Numbered from the stretch's first letter, positions 50,560 through 64,000 are shown. The stretch is DNA of 64,000 nt from Pristiophorus japonicus (GCF_044704955.1 NC_091991.1:50530001-50594000), one strand, 5' to 3'. Program-made: numbers and translations. Notes: generated by a model not told the origin, from the letters alone.

Positions 50560-51613
50560 TTTTGGCATACTTGAAGAGTTACGCCTGATTTTTTTTGGGG
50601 GGGAGGGGGCCAGTACACCAATACACCCCCAAAAAATTCTAAGTTTCCCCATTGGATTTCTTCATTTTGGCCTGACATAACCTGACCTTTAGTTTTGGGG
50701 GTGGAGCCTTGATCTGTGCCAGAAAGATCGGGCTGCCATGATAACCAGGGACACAATGCATGCTGAGGCTGCAAAGTGAAGCATACAGCCAGCTCCCAAC
50801 ACACTAAAAGAATTGAAAAACACACAACTTACCTCCAACTCTGCCGGAAGGGCTTGCTGGTCCGGTACTATTCTCTGTCTCTACTGGTTCGATTCTCCGA
50901 TCTTGATCTATCTGGCCGAAGGGCTTGCCGGTGCGCTCTCCCGCCCCTAGCCCTGGCCGAGTGGTCTCCCAGTCTGCTCTCCTGCCCCTCGGCAAGGCCG
51001 AGTCGTCTCCCGGTCCACTCCCCCGCCCCCTAGTCCAGGCCCAAGGACTTGCCGGTGCGCTCTCCTGCCCCCTAGCCCTAGCCGAAGGGCTTGCCAATGT
51101 GCACTCCCCAGACCCTAAGCCCAGGCTGACTGGCCTCCCTGTCCACTCCTCCGCCCCTAACCCAGGCCAATTGGCCTCCCGGTCCACTCCCCCACCCCAT
51201 CCCAGGCTGAATGGTCTCCTCCCTCCCAGACCCAGCACCTAACTACACCCAAAAGGCTCCCACCCCCCACCCACTCTCTTACCTTTCTTGCTGCTGCTGT
51301 CCGGGCATCTGCTGCACTTACCTGTGCCAATTTCCTTACCTGCGCCGATTTATTTGAACTCTCCAGAAGATTTTCTGCAGAGGCCACACACGCTGGCCTA
51401 AACAGAACTGGAGTAACTCTCAGCTGGCCAAACTTCCATAAATGACCAGAATTGGCACAGGTGGCTGGTTACACCCCCTTTGGCTAAAAAAAGTGACCTA
51501 AAAAAATCGTAACTAGTGCAAATTGATTGGGGAAACTCTGGTTTTTCAACTTAGGCCAAAAGTGCAGCCTGCTCCAAAAATACAGCGCAAATCACTGGGG
51601 GAAAATTGAGCCC
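50560..51613. mobile_element. Harbinger-like MITE remnant with GC-rich degenerate repeats
   Basis: The right end GCGCAAATCACTGGGGAAAATTGAGCCC resembles the right end of the 1081-3309 MITE; the left TIR was not found. Confidence 0.55.
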
Positions 51614-52702
51614 ATTATCTACTGTACTTTTTCTATTTGTACTCAAGTTCTCAGGAGCCTTTGTGCCAAATGTCTGCTGTTTCCTGTAGCATCAACTTGC
51701 ACAGTAGCCGGAAGTGCATGTACTTTTGCTTAGGTAGATAATCAGTGCATGCATAGGCTCCTATTCCCAAAGGGAAGGTTACAATGGCAGACCCAGAGGC
51801 ATACTGCAATGTTCACCATCATTCTCACAGGTTTAGAATAACAGCTCCACTTCAGCTAGGCATTGGGCTTTATGCCATTTGCCTGCAGAATCATGCTTCC
51901 ACATTAGGTTTATATTCCCTTTTTCAATTTAAGTAGTTGTCAAAGAACTTGCTTTTAGATAGCCTCTTTCATAGCCAAAGCAATGAAGTACTTTAAGTGT
52001 AGTCACAGTTGTCGGGAAACTGCAGCTAATTTGCACACAGCAAGGTCTTACAAATGAGAAATGACCACCAAATAATGGTTTAGTGGTATTGGTTGAAGGA
52101 TGCAAATGTAGGCCAGGAAACCAGAATTCCCCAACTCCTCTTCGTGTAGTGTCTTTGCATCTTTTACGGACATCCTGAAAGCAGACAGGACTTCCGTTTA
52201 ATGTTTCATCTGAAAGATGGCACCCCTGACAGGGCAGCACTGCACTGAAGTGGTAGCTCAGATTGTGCTCCTCTCTGGAATGGAGCTTGAACCCACAACC
52301 GTTTGTCTCTGGCTGACAATCAGTTGAAATAACTTGAGCTTTAAAAAAAAAAACTTGCAAGGAATTTATATCCCCCTATTCTACCACTATATAATTGTCC
52401 TCATTCCATAAAATTTTCACCGACTGACAACTTGCCTAGGTCATCTCCCTGCACTTGTTGACAGTTGCACATGGTACTATGAATAACTGAGCTGAGCCTA
52501 GAAAATTGCTTCTTAGCCAATTAGTTTTCTGACTAAATTTTCCCTAGTTCCTAACCATTCAGATCTGATTCATCTCCCCAAACAGCTGTTGAGATATATT
52601 TCTATTTTATGCCACCCAAGCCCTTCCTTTCTATGCATAAAGTATTAGATTCCTACCCAGATGCATATAAGTTACACTTAGCATTCAATTGTTATAGAAA
52701 AT

Positions 52703-54966
52703 GGTGTAATGAGGGGATTAATTAGCAATCTCGTTGTGAGAGACCCCTTGGGGAAGAGTGACCATAATATGGTGGAATTCTGCATTAGGATGGAGAATGA
52801 AACAGTTAATTCAGAGACCATGGTCCAGAACTTAAAGAAAGGTAACTTTGAAGGTATGAGGCGTGAATTGGCTAGGATAGATTGGCGAATGATACTGAAG
52901 GGGTTGACTGTGGATGGGCAATGGCAGACATTTAGAGACCGCATGGATGAACTACAACAATTGTACATTCCTGTCTGGTGTAAAAATAAAAAAGGGAAGG
53001 TGGCTCAACCGTGGCTATCAAGGGAAATCAGGGACAGTATTAAAGCCAAGGAAGTGGCATACAAATTGGCCAGAAATAGCAGCGAACCCAGGGACTGGGA
53101 GAAATTTAGAACTCAGCAGAGGAGGACAAAGGGTTTGATTAGGGCAGGGAAAATGGAGTACGAGAAGAAGCTTGCAGGGAACATTAAGACGGATTGCAAA
53201 AGTTTCTATAGATATGTAAAGAGAAAAAGGTTAGTCAAGACAAACGTAGGTCCCCTGCAGTCAGAATCAGGGGAAGTCATAACGGGGAACAAAGAAATGG
53301 CGGACCAATTGAACAAGTACTTTGGTTCGGTATTCACTGAGGAGGACACAAACAACCTCCCGGATATAAAAGGGGTCGGAGGGTCTAGTAAGGAGGAGGA
53401 ACTGAGGGAAATCCTTATTAGTTGGGAAATTGTGTTGGGGAAATTGATGGGATAGAAGGCCGATAAATCCCCAGGGCCTGATGGACTGCATCCCAGAGTA
53501 CTTAAGGAGGTGGCCTTGGAAATAGTGGATGCATTGAGTCATTTTCCAACATTCCATTGACGCTGGATCAGTTCCTATGGAGTGGAGGGTAGCCAATGTG
53601 ACCCCACTTTTTAAAAAAAGGAGGGAGAGATAACAGGAAATTATAGACCGGTCAGCCTGACATCGGTAGTGGGTAAAATGATGGAATCAATTATTAAGGA
53701 TGTCATAGCAGTGCATTTGGAAAGAGGTGATATGATAGGTCCAAGTCAGCATGGATTTGTGAAAGGGAAATCATGCTTGACAAATCTTCTGGAATTTTGA
53801 GGATGTTTCCAGTAAAGTGGACAAGGGAGAACCAGTTGATGTGGTATATTTGGACTTTCAGAAGGCGTTCGACAAGGTCCCACACAAGAGATTAATGTGC
53901 AAAGTTAAAGCACATGGGATTGGAGGTAGTGTGCTAACATGGATTGAGAACTGGTTGTCAGACAGGAAGCAAAGAGTAGGAGTAAATGGGGACTTTTCAG
54001 AATGGCAGGCAGTGACTAGTGGGGTACCACAAGGTTCTGTGCTGGGGCCCCAGCTGTTTACACTGTACATTAATGATTTAGACGAGGGGATTAAATGTAG
54101 TATCTCCAAATTTGCGGATGACACTAAGTTGGGTGGCAGTGTGAGCTTCGAGGAGGATGCTATGAGGCTGCAGAGCGACTTGGATAGGTTAGGTGAGTGG
54201 GCAAATGCATGGCAGATGAAGTATAATGTGGATAAATGTGAGGTTATCCACTTTGGTGGTAAAAACAGAGACAGACTATTATCTGAATGGTGACAGATTA
54301 GGAAAAGGGGAGGTGCAACGAGACCTGGGTGTCATGGTACATCAGTCATTGAAGGTTGGCATGCAGGTACAGCAGGCGGTTAAGAAAGCAAATGGCATGT
54401 TGGCCTTCATAGCGAGGGGACTTGAGTACAGGGGCAGGGAGGTGTTGCTACAGTTGTACAGGGCCTTGGTGAGGCCACACCTGGAGTATTGTGTACAGTT
54501 TTGGTCTCCTAACTTGAGGAAGGACATTCTTGCTATTGAGGGAGTGCAGCGAAGGTTCACCAGACTGATTCCCGGGATGGCGGGACTGACCTATCAAGCA
54601 AGACTGGATCAACTGGGCTTGTATTCACTGGAGTTCAGAATAATGAGAGGGGACCTCATAGAAACGTTTTAAATTCTGATGGGTTTAGACAGGTTAGATG
54701 CAGGAAGAATGTTCCCAATGTTGGGGAAGTCCAGGAGAAACTTCTTCACCCAGAGAGTGGTGAACCTGTGGAATTCTCTACCACAGAAAGTTGTTGAGGC
54801 CAATTCACTAAATATATTCAAAAAGGAGTTAGATGAAGTCCTTACTACTAGGGGAATCAAGGGGTATGGTGAGAAAGCAGGAATGGGGTACTGAGGTTGC
54901 ATGTTCAGCCATGAACTCATTGAATGGCGGTGCAAGCTAGAAGGGCCGATTTTCTATGTTTCTATG
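52703..54966 (+). mobile_element. 5'-truncated CR1 LINE, same subfamily as 45505-47455
   Basis: Near-identical over about 1.9 kb to 45505-47455; ORF2 fragments 52709-53455, 53817-54293 and 54226-54672. Confidence 0.93.
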
Positions 54967-55125
54967 GTGACAGAATTTTCTAATCAATGCTATAGCTGAA
55001 GTGTTTGGATTGTAGATAACTACTATTAACTATTTTATGTTAAAATAAATCTCCTTGGTAGCTGTTCATACTGTTGCAGCATTATAATTGTCTTAAAGCC
55101 TAATCAGTGTTTCTTTCCTTCACAG

Positions 55126-55137
55126 CGAAACATATAA
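55126..55137 (+). CDS. BID: BID putative terminal coding exon (RNI*)
   Basis: Strong acceptor tttctttccttcacAG| followed by CGA AAC ATA TAA gives 196 aa in total, similar to the short terminal exon of mammalian BID. AATAAA at ~55933. Confidence 0.7.
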   Translation, partial: RNI

Positions 55138-58100
55138 TAGCTACAAGCAAGCAACAGAATTACCTTTAATTCTACTTTGTTTACCTCATTTGATTTTTAG
55201 TGTTGTAAACCTTGGTTACACAGCAGCAGTATCCCTTAGTTTTTTGAGCTTTTACAAATTCATTTGCTTTAAATATATGAAATTAAATAACTGAAATCTG
55301 AGGTAAGTACCAGCAGCCTAGCTGAAAATTGAACAGATTTAAAAACATTAGATACAAGCTTGATTGGTCACTGAAAAGGATGCTCTTGGGTGCAAGTGAC
55401 GGCTGTTTGCTTTTAAGTGTATTCCTGTTTCTAAATTCATGCCATTGTTAAATGGTTACTTTTTTGTAGCATCTTACAGGATATATTACTAGTGGGAATC
55501 AATGTTGTCCCCATAAAAACTGAATTGTGAACAAGGAAATGTTAATGAGTTCACAGTGTAGTTTTTGAATTTATAGTTTACATGTTATGAGATAAGAAAA
55601 GGACACGTTTATTTGAAACACCTAAAGCCCAGATTGCAGACAACCCAGCAGTTTCTCTGGAATAAGAAAACAGAAAATGCTGGAAATCTCAGCAGGTTAG
55701 GCAGCATCTGTGGAGAGAAACCATTAACATGGAATGTGTAATTAGAACCGCCCAGTGACTTTGCAAAGTGTAATTTGAGGCATTTTAACTGCCAACTCTC
55801 GACAGGACAGGGTTCACTCTCACAGGTTAAGACCTTCTCGTACTGCGGATGGGCAGAAGGACACAAATGTTTGTCAGATAATCACTCCCTTAAGATAAAC
55901 CAAATGGTGTAAGAGTGCCTTGTGACTTTTATAATAAATGTATACACATTACTTTGTGGTCTGGTACTTTTGCATTGTTAAAATCAGCACAAAACATTTA
56001 CTACATAGATGGCAAAATAAGAAAAGTAGTAATTTAATGTCCTTAAGGGAACATGTGCAGAATTTAATTTTCCTCAATTAACAATCCTACTGTCTTAAAA
56101 AAAGATAACACATTGATGTATCACCTTCAAGACATCCCAAAGTGCTTTACAGCCAATGAAATACCTTTATTTCTGAAGTGTAGTCACTGTTGTAATGTAG
56201 AGTCTCTCAGTAACCATCACACAATGAAGATTTGATGTCCACAACTTTCTGTAGATTGAGGCAAGGTTGGTGGCAGAGGAGGGGTAGAGTTGGGTGTTGT
56301 TCGTGTGCAGAGGATAGGCATGGAGTTATGTTCTATGGATACCACCACCAAGGGGTAAAATATAAATGAGGAAAAGGATGGAAACTTAGGAGGGGTTACT
56401 CTGCAGAACTGGAGAAACCATATGCTGACTAATTCAGGACAAGAGTGGAATCATGCAAGGATGAAGGGCACAGCCAGGTCAAGCATAACAGATCAAAGAG
56501 GGATAAATGCACTGCTCACAATCACAAAAGGATGCCACTGACCAAGGTGGATTCTACTATGGGTAGGGTGGAAGCTATAATGAAGGGATTTAAAAAAAAA
56601 ATCAGGAATCATCATTCCTGCAGTGCAAGTAAAGGACCACAAATTTATGCTTCTCAAGCAAAATTAGTTCCACTTTCTACATTCAACTTCTAAGGTAAAG
56701 TTCTCTTCACTGCCCTAACTGAAACTGGAGCAGTATTTCATACAAGGAGCACAATGGATGATTTCTAGCATTAATGCAATTTTATCTAGCCCAGAGCTGA
56801 TTAGCTGCAAAATAACAAAAGTATTAAAATCTTAGCCTTAAATTCTAACTTTGATTTCTCTCCCCATCTTTTCTAAATCTTGTTGGGTACTATTCCATGG
56901 ACATTGATTGCTTTCTTATACATCATTCCAGTGGCATTCTCCATGGGTCAAGAGAATGTTAGGAAGCTATTAAGTGTTGGGGAAATCACAGCCAAACCTG
57001 ACCATCTAAAGTTTGGTACACTGACAATCACTAACCAGTAATCAGGACCAGGACCACTGGCTGACTGTCCCCTGCCGAATGGTTTTGGCAATGAGTGCTA
57101 CTAAACAGCCCAGGCACTCCAGAAGTGATTTCATCCAGATTTAGAAGACATTCATTTAGATTTAAATATTCAACATCAGGCCCTTAAGTATTGCCCAAGC
57201 AGAGATCAGCTAATTCAATACAGGAGCAAACTTAAGACCTTATGGTAATTTTTGTAACATTGGGAAGCAAATGGATTTGTTGTAATCCAACTATTGTCTT
57301 TCAACCAGCAGTTTACTTCCCTATCCACATGCTCAGCACAATAGGGAAAATATTTCAATCACTAATACACAAACGTGAAAGTTTAAGGAAAGAAATGCTT
57401 TTTTGTAACCAGGGGTACTCAGGTGAATGATCAGCCATGATCTTATGTTTGGTGGTGCAGGCTCAAAGGGCTGAATGGCCTACTCCTGCACCTATTTTCT
57501 ATTATACTAAATCTAAATGAGCACTAAATCTTTAAGTATTAAAATTAAAATTAAAATGTAATTTGAATTATAAGAGTACCTGTTGAAGCTTAATTCTGGA
57601 ATTATTCAACAGTATAATGTACCCAACATGCTGAGCAGAAAATAAGTTGAAACCAACTGCATGACATTAGTTCAATATGAATGGCAAGTTTGCTGATTAT
57701 TTGGCATTGGAACTAGCATGTCAGACATTGATCCAGATCACATGGGCTCCCCCCACTTGGCAGCACAGCATGATGCAATAACGACTGGAGTATCCAATAT
57801 TACTACAGCATAAATAGCTTTGAAATTTCATTGCGTGAATAAAAAACATTTTAAACCAGATTAAGCAGCATAATACCAAAGAAATACAATAGTTAGTACA
57901 AAACATTAAAATGTATTAACAGACATTAGTTACACAGGCATCATCTGCTTGCTCCCAAAAGAGATGGTGAGAAATTCATGAAGGACTGGTCTAGTGTATC
58001 AGTTTGTCTACTGAATAAACACCTATGTATTACACCAAGTGTGTTTAGAAAATTTGTATGCCTACACTACATTTCACTTTTACATTATAGTGCATTACAT

Positions 58101-59640
58101 AAATAAGGTACAGCCTGAGACAACTGAACAAGTCTTGCTGGTGGCTGCTAAGAGCACAAAGGAAAAAAAAAATGCAAATTCCACTAAAAATGCCTATAGG
58201 CAAATCAGATTTCCCACAGCTTAATGCAGGCAACAACAACCCAGTTGCAACCAGAAATAACTACATTTCCAAAGCAGAAGGTACATCCTACAATTACTGT
58301 AGGAAATAATGTTTTTAAATAAAAGAACTACTTGCTTACAGTGCCTTTCATGACCACCGGACGTCTCAAAGCGCTTTACAGCCAATGAATTTTTAAAAAA
58401 TCAGATAGCTACATTTAATTTATGGATGTGGCTATCGTACAAGTTGCTGGTTTCTTTAGGTAGCATGAAAGGAAAGTTTAAATATTGCAGCAGTTTTGGT
58501 TCTTTCAAAGGGTTATGGGAAGTGGAGCTGAGTCCATGACCAGATCAGCCATGATCTTATTAAATGGGGGAGCAGGCTCAAGGGGCAAGGTGGCCTACTC
58601 CTGCTATTATGTTCTTAAACCACAAATAAGACTTTCAACAATGCTGTGAATTCAGACAGTTTGGCATAAATAATCTTACACCCACAAAATAGTCCATGTT
58701 TTATTGTCATGACTCATTTATGAAATTCAGTACAAATTGCAAAGCTGGCACTTAGAAAACCACCTTTCAGTTGCTTTTGAAATCAATTTCTTTTGGTGTT
58801 GTCTCACATGGGAACACCTCTATTAGTATAATTAAGGTTACACGAGTGCTTTCAACTAAGTACAACCGAAATGAACTGCCAGATGAAGAAACGGACCACC
58901 ACATCCACTGTCTTGGCATCAGCAGCAGTAGTAATAGGAAATCAACAACTACATTAAATCTCACTTTTAACCTAATGCACCAACACATTCGATCAATGAA
59001 GTTTTTGCTTTATTAGTTAATGAAAAATGTTCCATTGTCTATGAAAAGAAATAAATCAAAGTAAATGCAAGTGGAGAAGGGGGAAAAAGTAAAATATACA
59101 AGCAAAGATAAACCTTATATAAATGGTCATGGTGCAACTGAATGAACTCAAACTATAGTCACATTGCTCAAGGCTAACATCTTAAAATTGGAAAACAGTG
59201 TTACAGCAAATAAGAATCAAGATGACAGCAAGAATGAATTAATTCAGTTTATAAAAGGAGGTCTTGGTTAACCTAGACCTGAATACTTAGTTCCCCAGAA
59301 AAGGAACTTTTAACAGTTCTTTTCCATATCAACCCTTCCAGTTTCACCAAAGGCTTCTTTCCTCTACAGTGATTTAACACTTTAGGTGTTATTTTGAAAT
59401 TTACCAGCATTTTCATTCTTAAAGATTCTATTGCATAATTTAGAACATCTCCTGCACTCCACAATCTCCTTAAACTGGCCAGTATGTGTTGATTATTTAC
59501 CCTTATTAACCATGGTTTTCCTCATTGATCACATGTTCTGCAATGCAACTGAATAAATAGGCTTAATTAGTGTCACAAAAATTAATTGTAGAACAGAAAG
59601 CCTTCCCAATTACTCTGCTCAATAGTGAACTGTTCACTTA

Positions 59641-60483
59641 TTAAAACCTTCTTCTCCAGGCTAGAGCCACTCCCACTGCTACAGCCAGCATTGCAAAAGC
59701 AGCAGCTCCACCATAAAACAAAACAGATGTGCTTGTTTTTGCAGGAACAATCGCTTCAGTATCCTCTGGCTCAGCCAGTGGAGTCATTTCAACTTTTCCC
59801 CCCTTTTCAATAACAACTTCTTCCAGTTTGGTTTTTGGGACATCTTCCCAGACACCTCTTTTAATCTCATCCAATTGCTTTCTTATTTCTTGCAGTGAGG
59901 TTGATTGATGCAGTTCGCTGGATTCAGAAGCCTTTTCTTCTGCTGGTTTTACAGTTTTTCCCTCTATTTCAGGGGTTGCTATTGGGCCCAGTACTGATAA
60001 AGGATCAGTTTTCTCTACTTCAGCAGAAGGCTGACCCACCAATGGTGCAGTCTGTTGCGCAGGTAGAGATTCTGACTCTATTGCCGCTCTAGACACTGGA
60101 GTCTTTAGCTCCACTTCCTGGCTCTCAACAGCTTCAGCAATCTCTTCCTTTTCCACATGGACAATATCAGAATTAGAAGAATTGTTTTCACTTCTCTCTT
60201 CGCCACCACCATTACTGTCCAAGCTCTTCATGTCCTCTGGGTCTATGGATAACTGTTGCCAAGACTCTGTTCCAATAGAAACAGGCAAGCCTTCAGTATG
60301 CCAGCTCTGGCTAGTAGTCAGTGAAGTTGGCAAGCTAGCTGCCTGCCAGGAACTGGTAACTGTTAGTGGTTCAGGAGGACTTACTTGACCGGAGTTGTCA
60401 CTAGTTAAGATGTAAATATCATTACTATCATCTACTGTTTCTCCTTGTTCTTCCTCTTCAGAGTCCAGACTGAAAACAGTCCC
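59641..60483 (-). CDS. BCL2L13: Bcl-2-like protein 13 (Bcl-rambo), terminal coding exon (BHNo region plus TM anchor); upstream exons lie outside the window
   Basis: Acceptor ttcttcctAG|, then GTVFSLDSEEEEQ..DSNDIYILTSDNSGQVSPPE..SQSWHTEGLPVS..ESWQQL..ENNSSNSDIVHVEKEE..VLFYGGAAAFAMLAVAVGVALAWRRRF*, matching recalled mammalian BCL2L13. 843 nt, in frame. Confidence 0.96.
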   Translation of the reverse strand, partial: GTVFSLDSEEEEQGETVDDSNDIYILTSDNSGQVSPPEPLTVTSSWQAASLPTSLTTSQSWHTEGLPVSIGTESWQQLSIDPEDMKSLDSNGGGEERSENNSSNSDIVHVEKEEIAEAVESQEVELKTPVSRAAIESESLPAQQTAPLVGQPSAEVEKTDPLSVLGPIATPEIEGKTVKPAEEKASESSELHQSTSLQEIRKQLDEIKRGVWEDVPKTKLEEVVIEKGGKVEMTPLAEPEDTEAIVPAKTSTSVLFYGGAAAFAMLAVAVGVALAWRRRF

Positions 60484-62049
60484 CTAGGAAGAACAAATGC
60501 AGATTGAAAACTAGCGCATTAAACACATTTTCTTTTCTACAAATCACATGCTTCTGTCAAACCTTAATCAGATTGGAGTTTTTTTGCATTGATAATCTGA
60601 CCTTGTAACCCAATGATAATGTATTGGGATAAATGCACTGGCCTATGAAGGATGCACATTTATATGTGCAATTCCCAATGTTGGTGGGTGGAAAAAAGGA
60701 AGGAAAACTGGAGTGCGCATCAATCCACATCGTTTGTGTGAAGCACAAGAAGTTGGAAAACAGTAATGCAATTGTTACATTGACAATATGATAGCCGTGG
60801 CGGTGGCTGGGGGGGGGGGGGGGGGGGGGAGGAATCCTGATCAAAGTCTACAGAACAATTTTAAGAGCTGCTACAATAGATGCACAATGTCGGAATATTT
60901 TGGTGCAAGCCTTATTTCGGTCACAATTTTTAATGTTGCAAATTAAAATCCGATTCCAATTTGTTCTCTCCCTGAACCAATTAAATCAATTTAGGCTAAC
61001 TGAAAGTAGAAAGCTATGAGAACTTTTTAAAAAAAAGGTAACTGCAGCATGACAAAGTGGCAGTTAAACTGGAGTCCAAATCTCCCTCCCATCAGGGAAC
61101 ACTGCTCAGTGATGTTCACAAAATGAAAGCTCCCAAATTGTACCACTGCTTCAGATATACATGCTAACAATTTATCTTATAGAAAAGGGCCACAGAATCA
61201 TCACACACATTTATACAGCCTATACCAAATCAAATGTTGGAACTTTTACTTCACTATATAAAACTTGCCCACTTAGCGCCATCTATATTTGTGAATTTGC
61301 TCCTGTACCACAAGTCTGGAACATGCAAACATCCACATCAGTACTGTTGGAAATAGAAGCAAATGGTGTGCTATTGTTTTTAATATTCTATCCCAAATGT
61401 TGCTGTTTACCAGCTCCAAGACTGCATTCCTCATTAAAAATAACAGCAGACAGAACGCTCTGACTGAAAATCTCGGCAATTATTCAATTGCTCCATGATC
61501 ACTCAACAAGAGGTACAATTTAATCAGGATCAATTAATTTAATAACTAATTCCAGAGGTTAATGCCTTCTTTTGGGCATCACAAGTGTTGAGGTGCTGGC
61601 TAATTTGCCCTCCCTAACCAGAACAAAAGACCAACTGTAATACTACTGCTGGCAACAGAGCAGAGATCAATTTGTTCAGTAAAGAACCAAGGATCTTTCC
61701 TTGGACCTTCTTGGTTTTGGGTGCTTGCCTGTTCACTGGATAAACTCTCAGCCACAGCTGTAAAAACTGAACAAAATGAGCATAGAAATAAATCCTATAT
61801 GGGGACACGAATGTGGGTTTTCAATTCAACATGATAAAAGTACTATTAAACAAGTGCATTTTCAGTTTTACAATGGTTTTAAATACTTCACTTTAGACTT
61901 ATGATGAAAATACTATTTGGTACAATGTACACCCCCTTGTGGACAGCATTATAGTCACAAGTCCTCAATAAAAAATTTTTTAACGTGTCATGCATGAATA
62001 AAAACATAATAAAATGGGACATATACTCTAATGATGTTTAGGACATGCA

Positions 62050-62430
62050 AGAACATAATAGGAGCAGGAGTAGCCCATACGGCCCCTCGAGCCTGCTCCG
62101 CCATTTAATACGATCATGGCTGATCCGATCATGGACTGATCCGATCATGGACTGAGGTCCACTTCCCTGCCCGCTCCCCATAACCTTTCCCCTTAAAATC
62201 GGTTAAGAAACAGTCTATCTATATCTTAAGTTTATTCAATGACCCAGCTACCACAGCTCTCCGAGGCAGCGAATTCCACAGATTTACAACCCTCAGAAGA
62301 AATTTCTCCTTATCTCAGTTTTATATGGGCGATCCCTTATTCTAAAATTATGCCCCCTACTTCTGGTCTCCCCCATCAGTGGAAACATCCTCTCTGCATC
62401 CACCTTGTCAAGCCTCCTCATCATCTTATA
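62050..62430 (-). mobile_element. CR1 3' end fragment in a BCL2L13 intron
   Basis: Same 3'UTR and tail as 48703-49070. Confidence 0.85.
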
Positions 62431-64000
62431 AGTTTAGATATTAAAAGTGACAGTAAGGTTCTCCCCCACCCCTGCTTAGTTACCCACGGTGGTCCAGAGA
62501 AAATGAGGAGAGCAGTTAGGAATATTAAGAGTTGCTGGAGTATGGAATACTCTGTACAGTGAATATCTGAGGCAGAGACCATTGCACCCTTCAAGGGAAA
62601 ATTGGATAAATATCTGAAGCAGAGGAAGATACAGGAGAAAAAGTGGGGGAGCGGGATTGGTTCTGGAAAGCTCTACAAAAAGCTGGAGAAAAATAGATCA
62701 AATAGCCTCTTCTGCAGTCCAAATTTGTATGGTATTTTCTACTATGTTTAAGCAACACAGGCCGGCTGACCTGCCCAGTTTTAAAAATATTATAAATGTA
62801 CGAGTTTTCAAGTTTCAGTGGTCACAAGTTTTTTGCTTTCTCGCTCATCTCTTGTACCAAAAGACTCAAGTCTAACTGCTCAGCATGGCTATCAGGAGGG
62901 CCAAGAGAACGGAAGTGTAGTAGCTCTGCCAGTATACTAATCAGGGAGAAATGCGTGCAACATCTGCAAGGGTGGAAGCTAGAAACTTATCCTGCAGGGC
63001 AACTCGTGACCTTGTACTTCTTTAGAGGATTACGGTACTATAAAAAGGAAGGAAAACCCAAGAGGCAATTTATTTAGGAAGGATTAATTGCAATAAAGTC
63101 TTCATTACAAGATAGTCCAGCTTTATACAAAATAGAATTTATAAGTGAAATCTCATTGGCTCTCTTCCCCTCAGCCACAAAAGTCAGAGTTAAACCTCCA
63201 CACAATTTGTGAGCCCATATAAAAATGAGGTTGTTAAAACAGCCACATAATAATATGGTTTACTGACATCACTATTGTGTGAACTAGAAATCTTAAATAT
63301 TCTAAATTCTTGCTAGAAAACAATTTGATTTTGCAAGGACTAATTCAATTTAGCATCATTGAAGTTGGATAAAAGCTTGTATAATAGTGCAGCAGGGCAG
63401 AAACATTCAACCTCAGGCAAAACATTTCCATTATAATTTAGGACTGGACAGCTTCATGGGTGACTGAACTGCAATTCCTATAACAGGATCATTCCTTGCA
63501 TTTAATTCCATTGTATGAAATTCAGTGGCATTTGGGTGCAGGATAATTACTGTAAGCATACAGGCTAAATCAATGTTTGCAAGTAGAAAATCCAATATTA
63601 AAACACTACCTAATTTCTCAGATTCAATAAATGCTACATTTTTAATTAGAGTAGGTTCCCAACTAATATTTACACAATTATGTAGCAAATTTTGTTATTT
63701 TAATACAGGTATCAACATACCTCATGTTTCTTCTTCCTCCTCCTCCTTCTCCCTCCTCCTCTACAGACACTTGCAACCCTGTAGCTCATCCATACCCATT
63801 CTTCATCTAGACAACCTTTGGGCACATCACTGATCCTGCCCTGAAGCTGTCCATAAATCTGCACTTTTCAGCACAAATTACTAGATAATGAGCAGGATCT
63901 TCGCTGATTTTTCTCTCGCTTAGTTGCAGGAACAAGAGGCCAATTGTATTGCATCCAATGTGGCTTCACTGGAGATCAGCCATCTTAGCAAAGACTGGGG

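Noticed and set aside
45505-54966. Segmental duplication of the two very similar + strand CR1 regions
   Set aside because: They have different 5' truncation points, private deletions and unrelated flanks, so they are independent insertions of one subfamily.
60484-64000. Additional BCL2L13 exons
   Set aside because: No minus-strand exon ending in GGW with a donor, and no other Bcl-2-like coding sequence was seen; treated as intron.

Overview
Vertebrate genomic DNA, most likely a cartilaginous fish (inferred from the CR1/L2/Penelope/RTE/Gypsy repeat mix and the protein divergence). It is not prokaryotic. Two host genes are present: a complete BID gene on + (non-coding exon 1 in a CpG island near 34.0 kb; coding exons 34561-34780, 42903-43039, 47817-48038, 55126-55137; about 196 aa) and the terminal exon of BCL2L13 on - (59641-60483). 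They lie tail-to-tail, as in mammals. The rest is mostly nested, decayed transposons: three Gypsy LTR elements (one with both LTRs and a TSD), a near full-length CR1, many CR1 fragments, L2, RTE, Penelope, MITEs and a hAT fossil. Three observations stand out. (1) A CR1-derived insertion in BID intron 2 shows dense A-to-G hypermutation with ADAR-like neighbour bias, suggesting a hyper-edited RNA fixed in the germline. (2) A poly(A)-tailed retroposon with a 22-bp TSD is built from alternating U2 and U1 snRNA pieces (SINEU-like). (3) BID retains a BH2-like GGW motif followed by the same phase-0 intron as its neighbour BCL2L13. All alignments were done by eye, and repeat boundaries are approximate unless a TSD or TIR is quoted.
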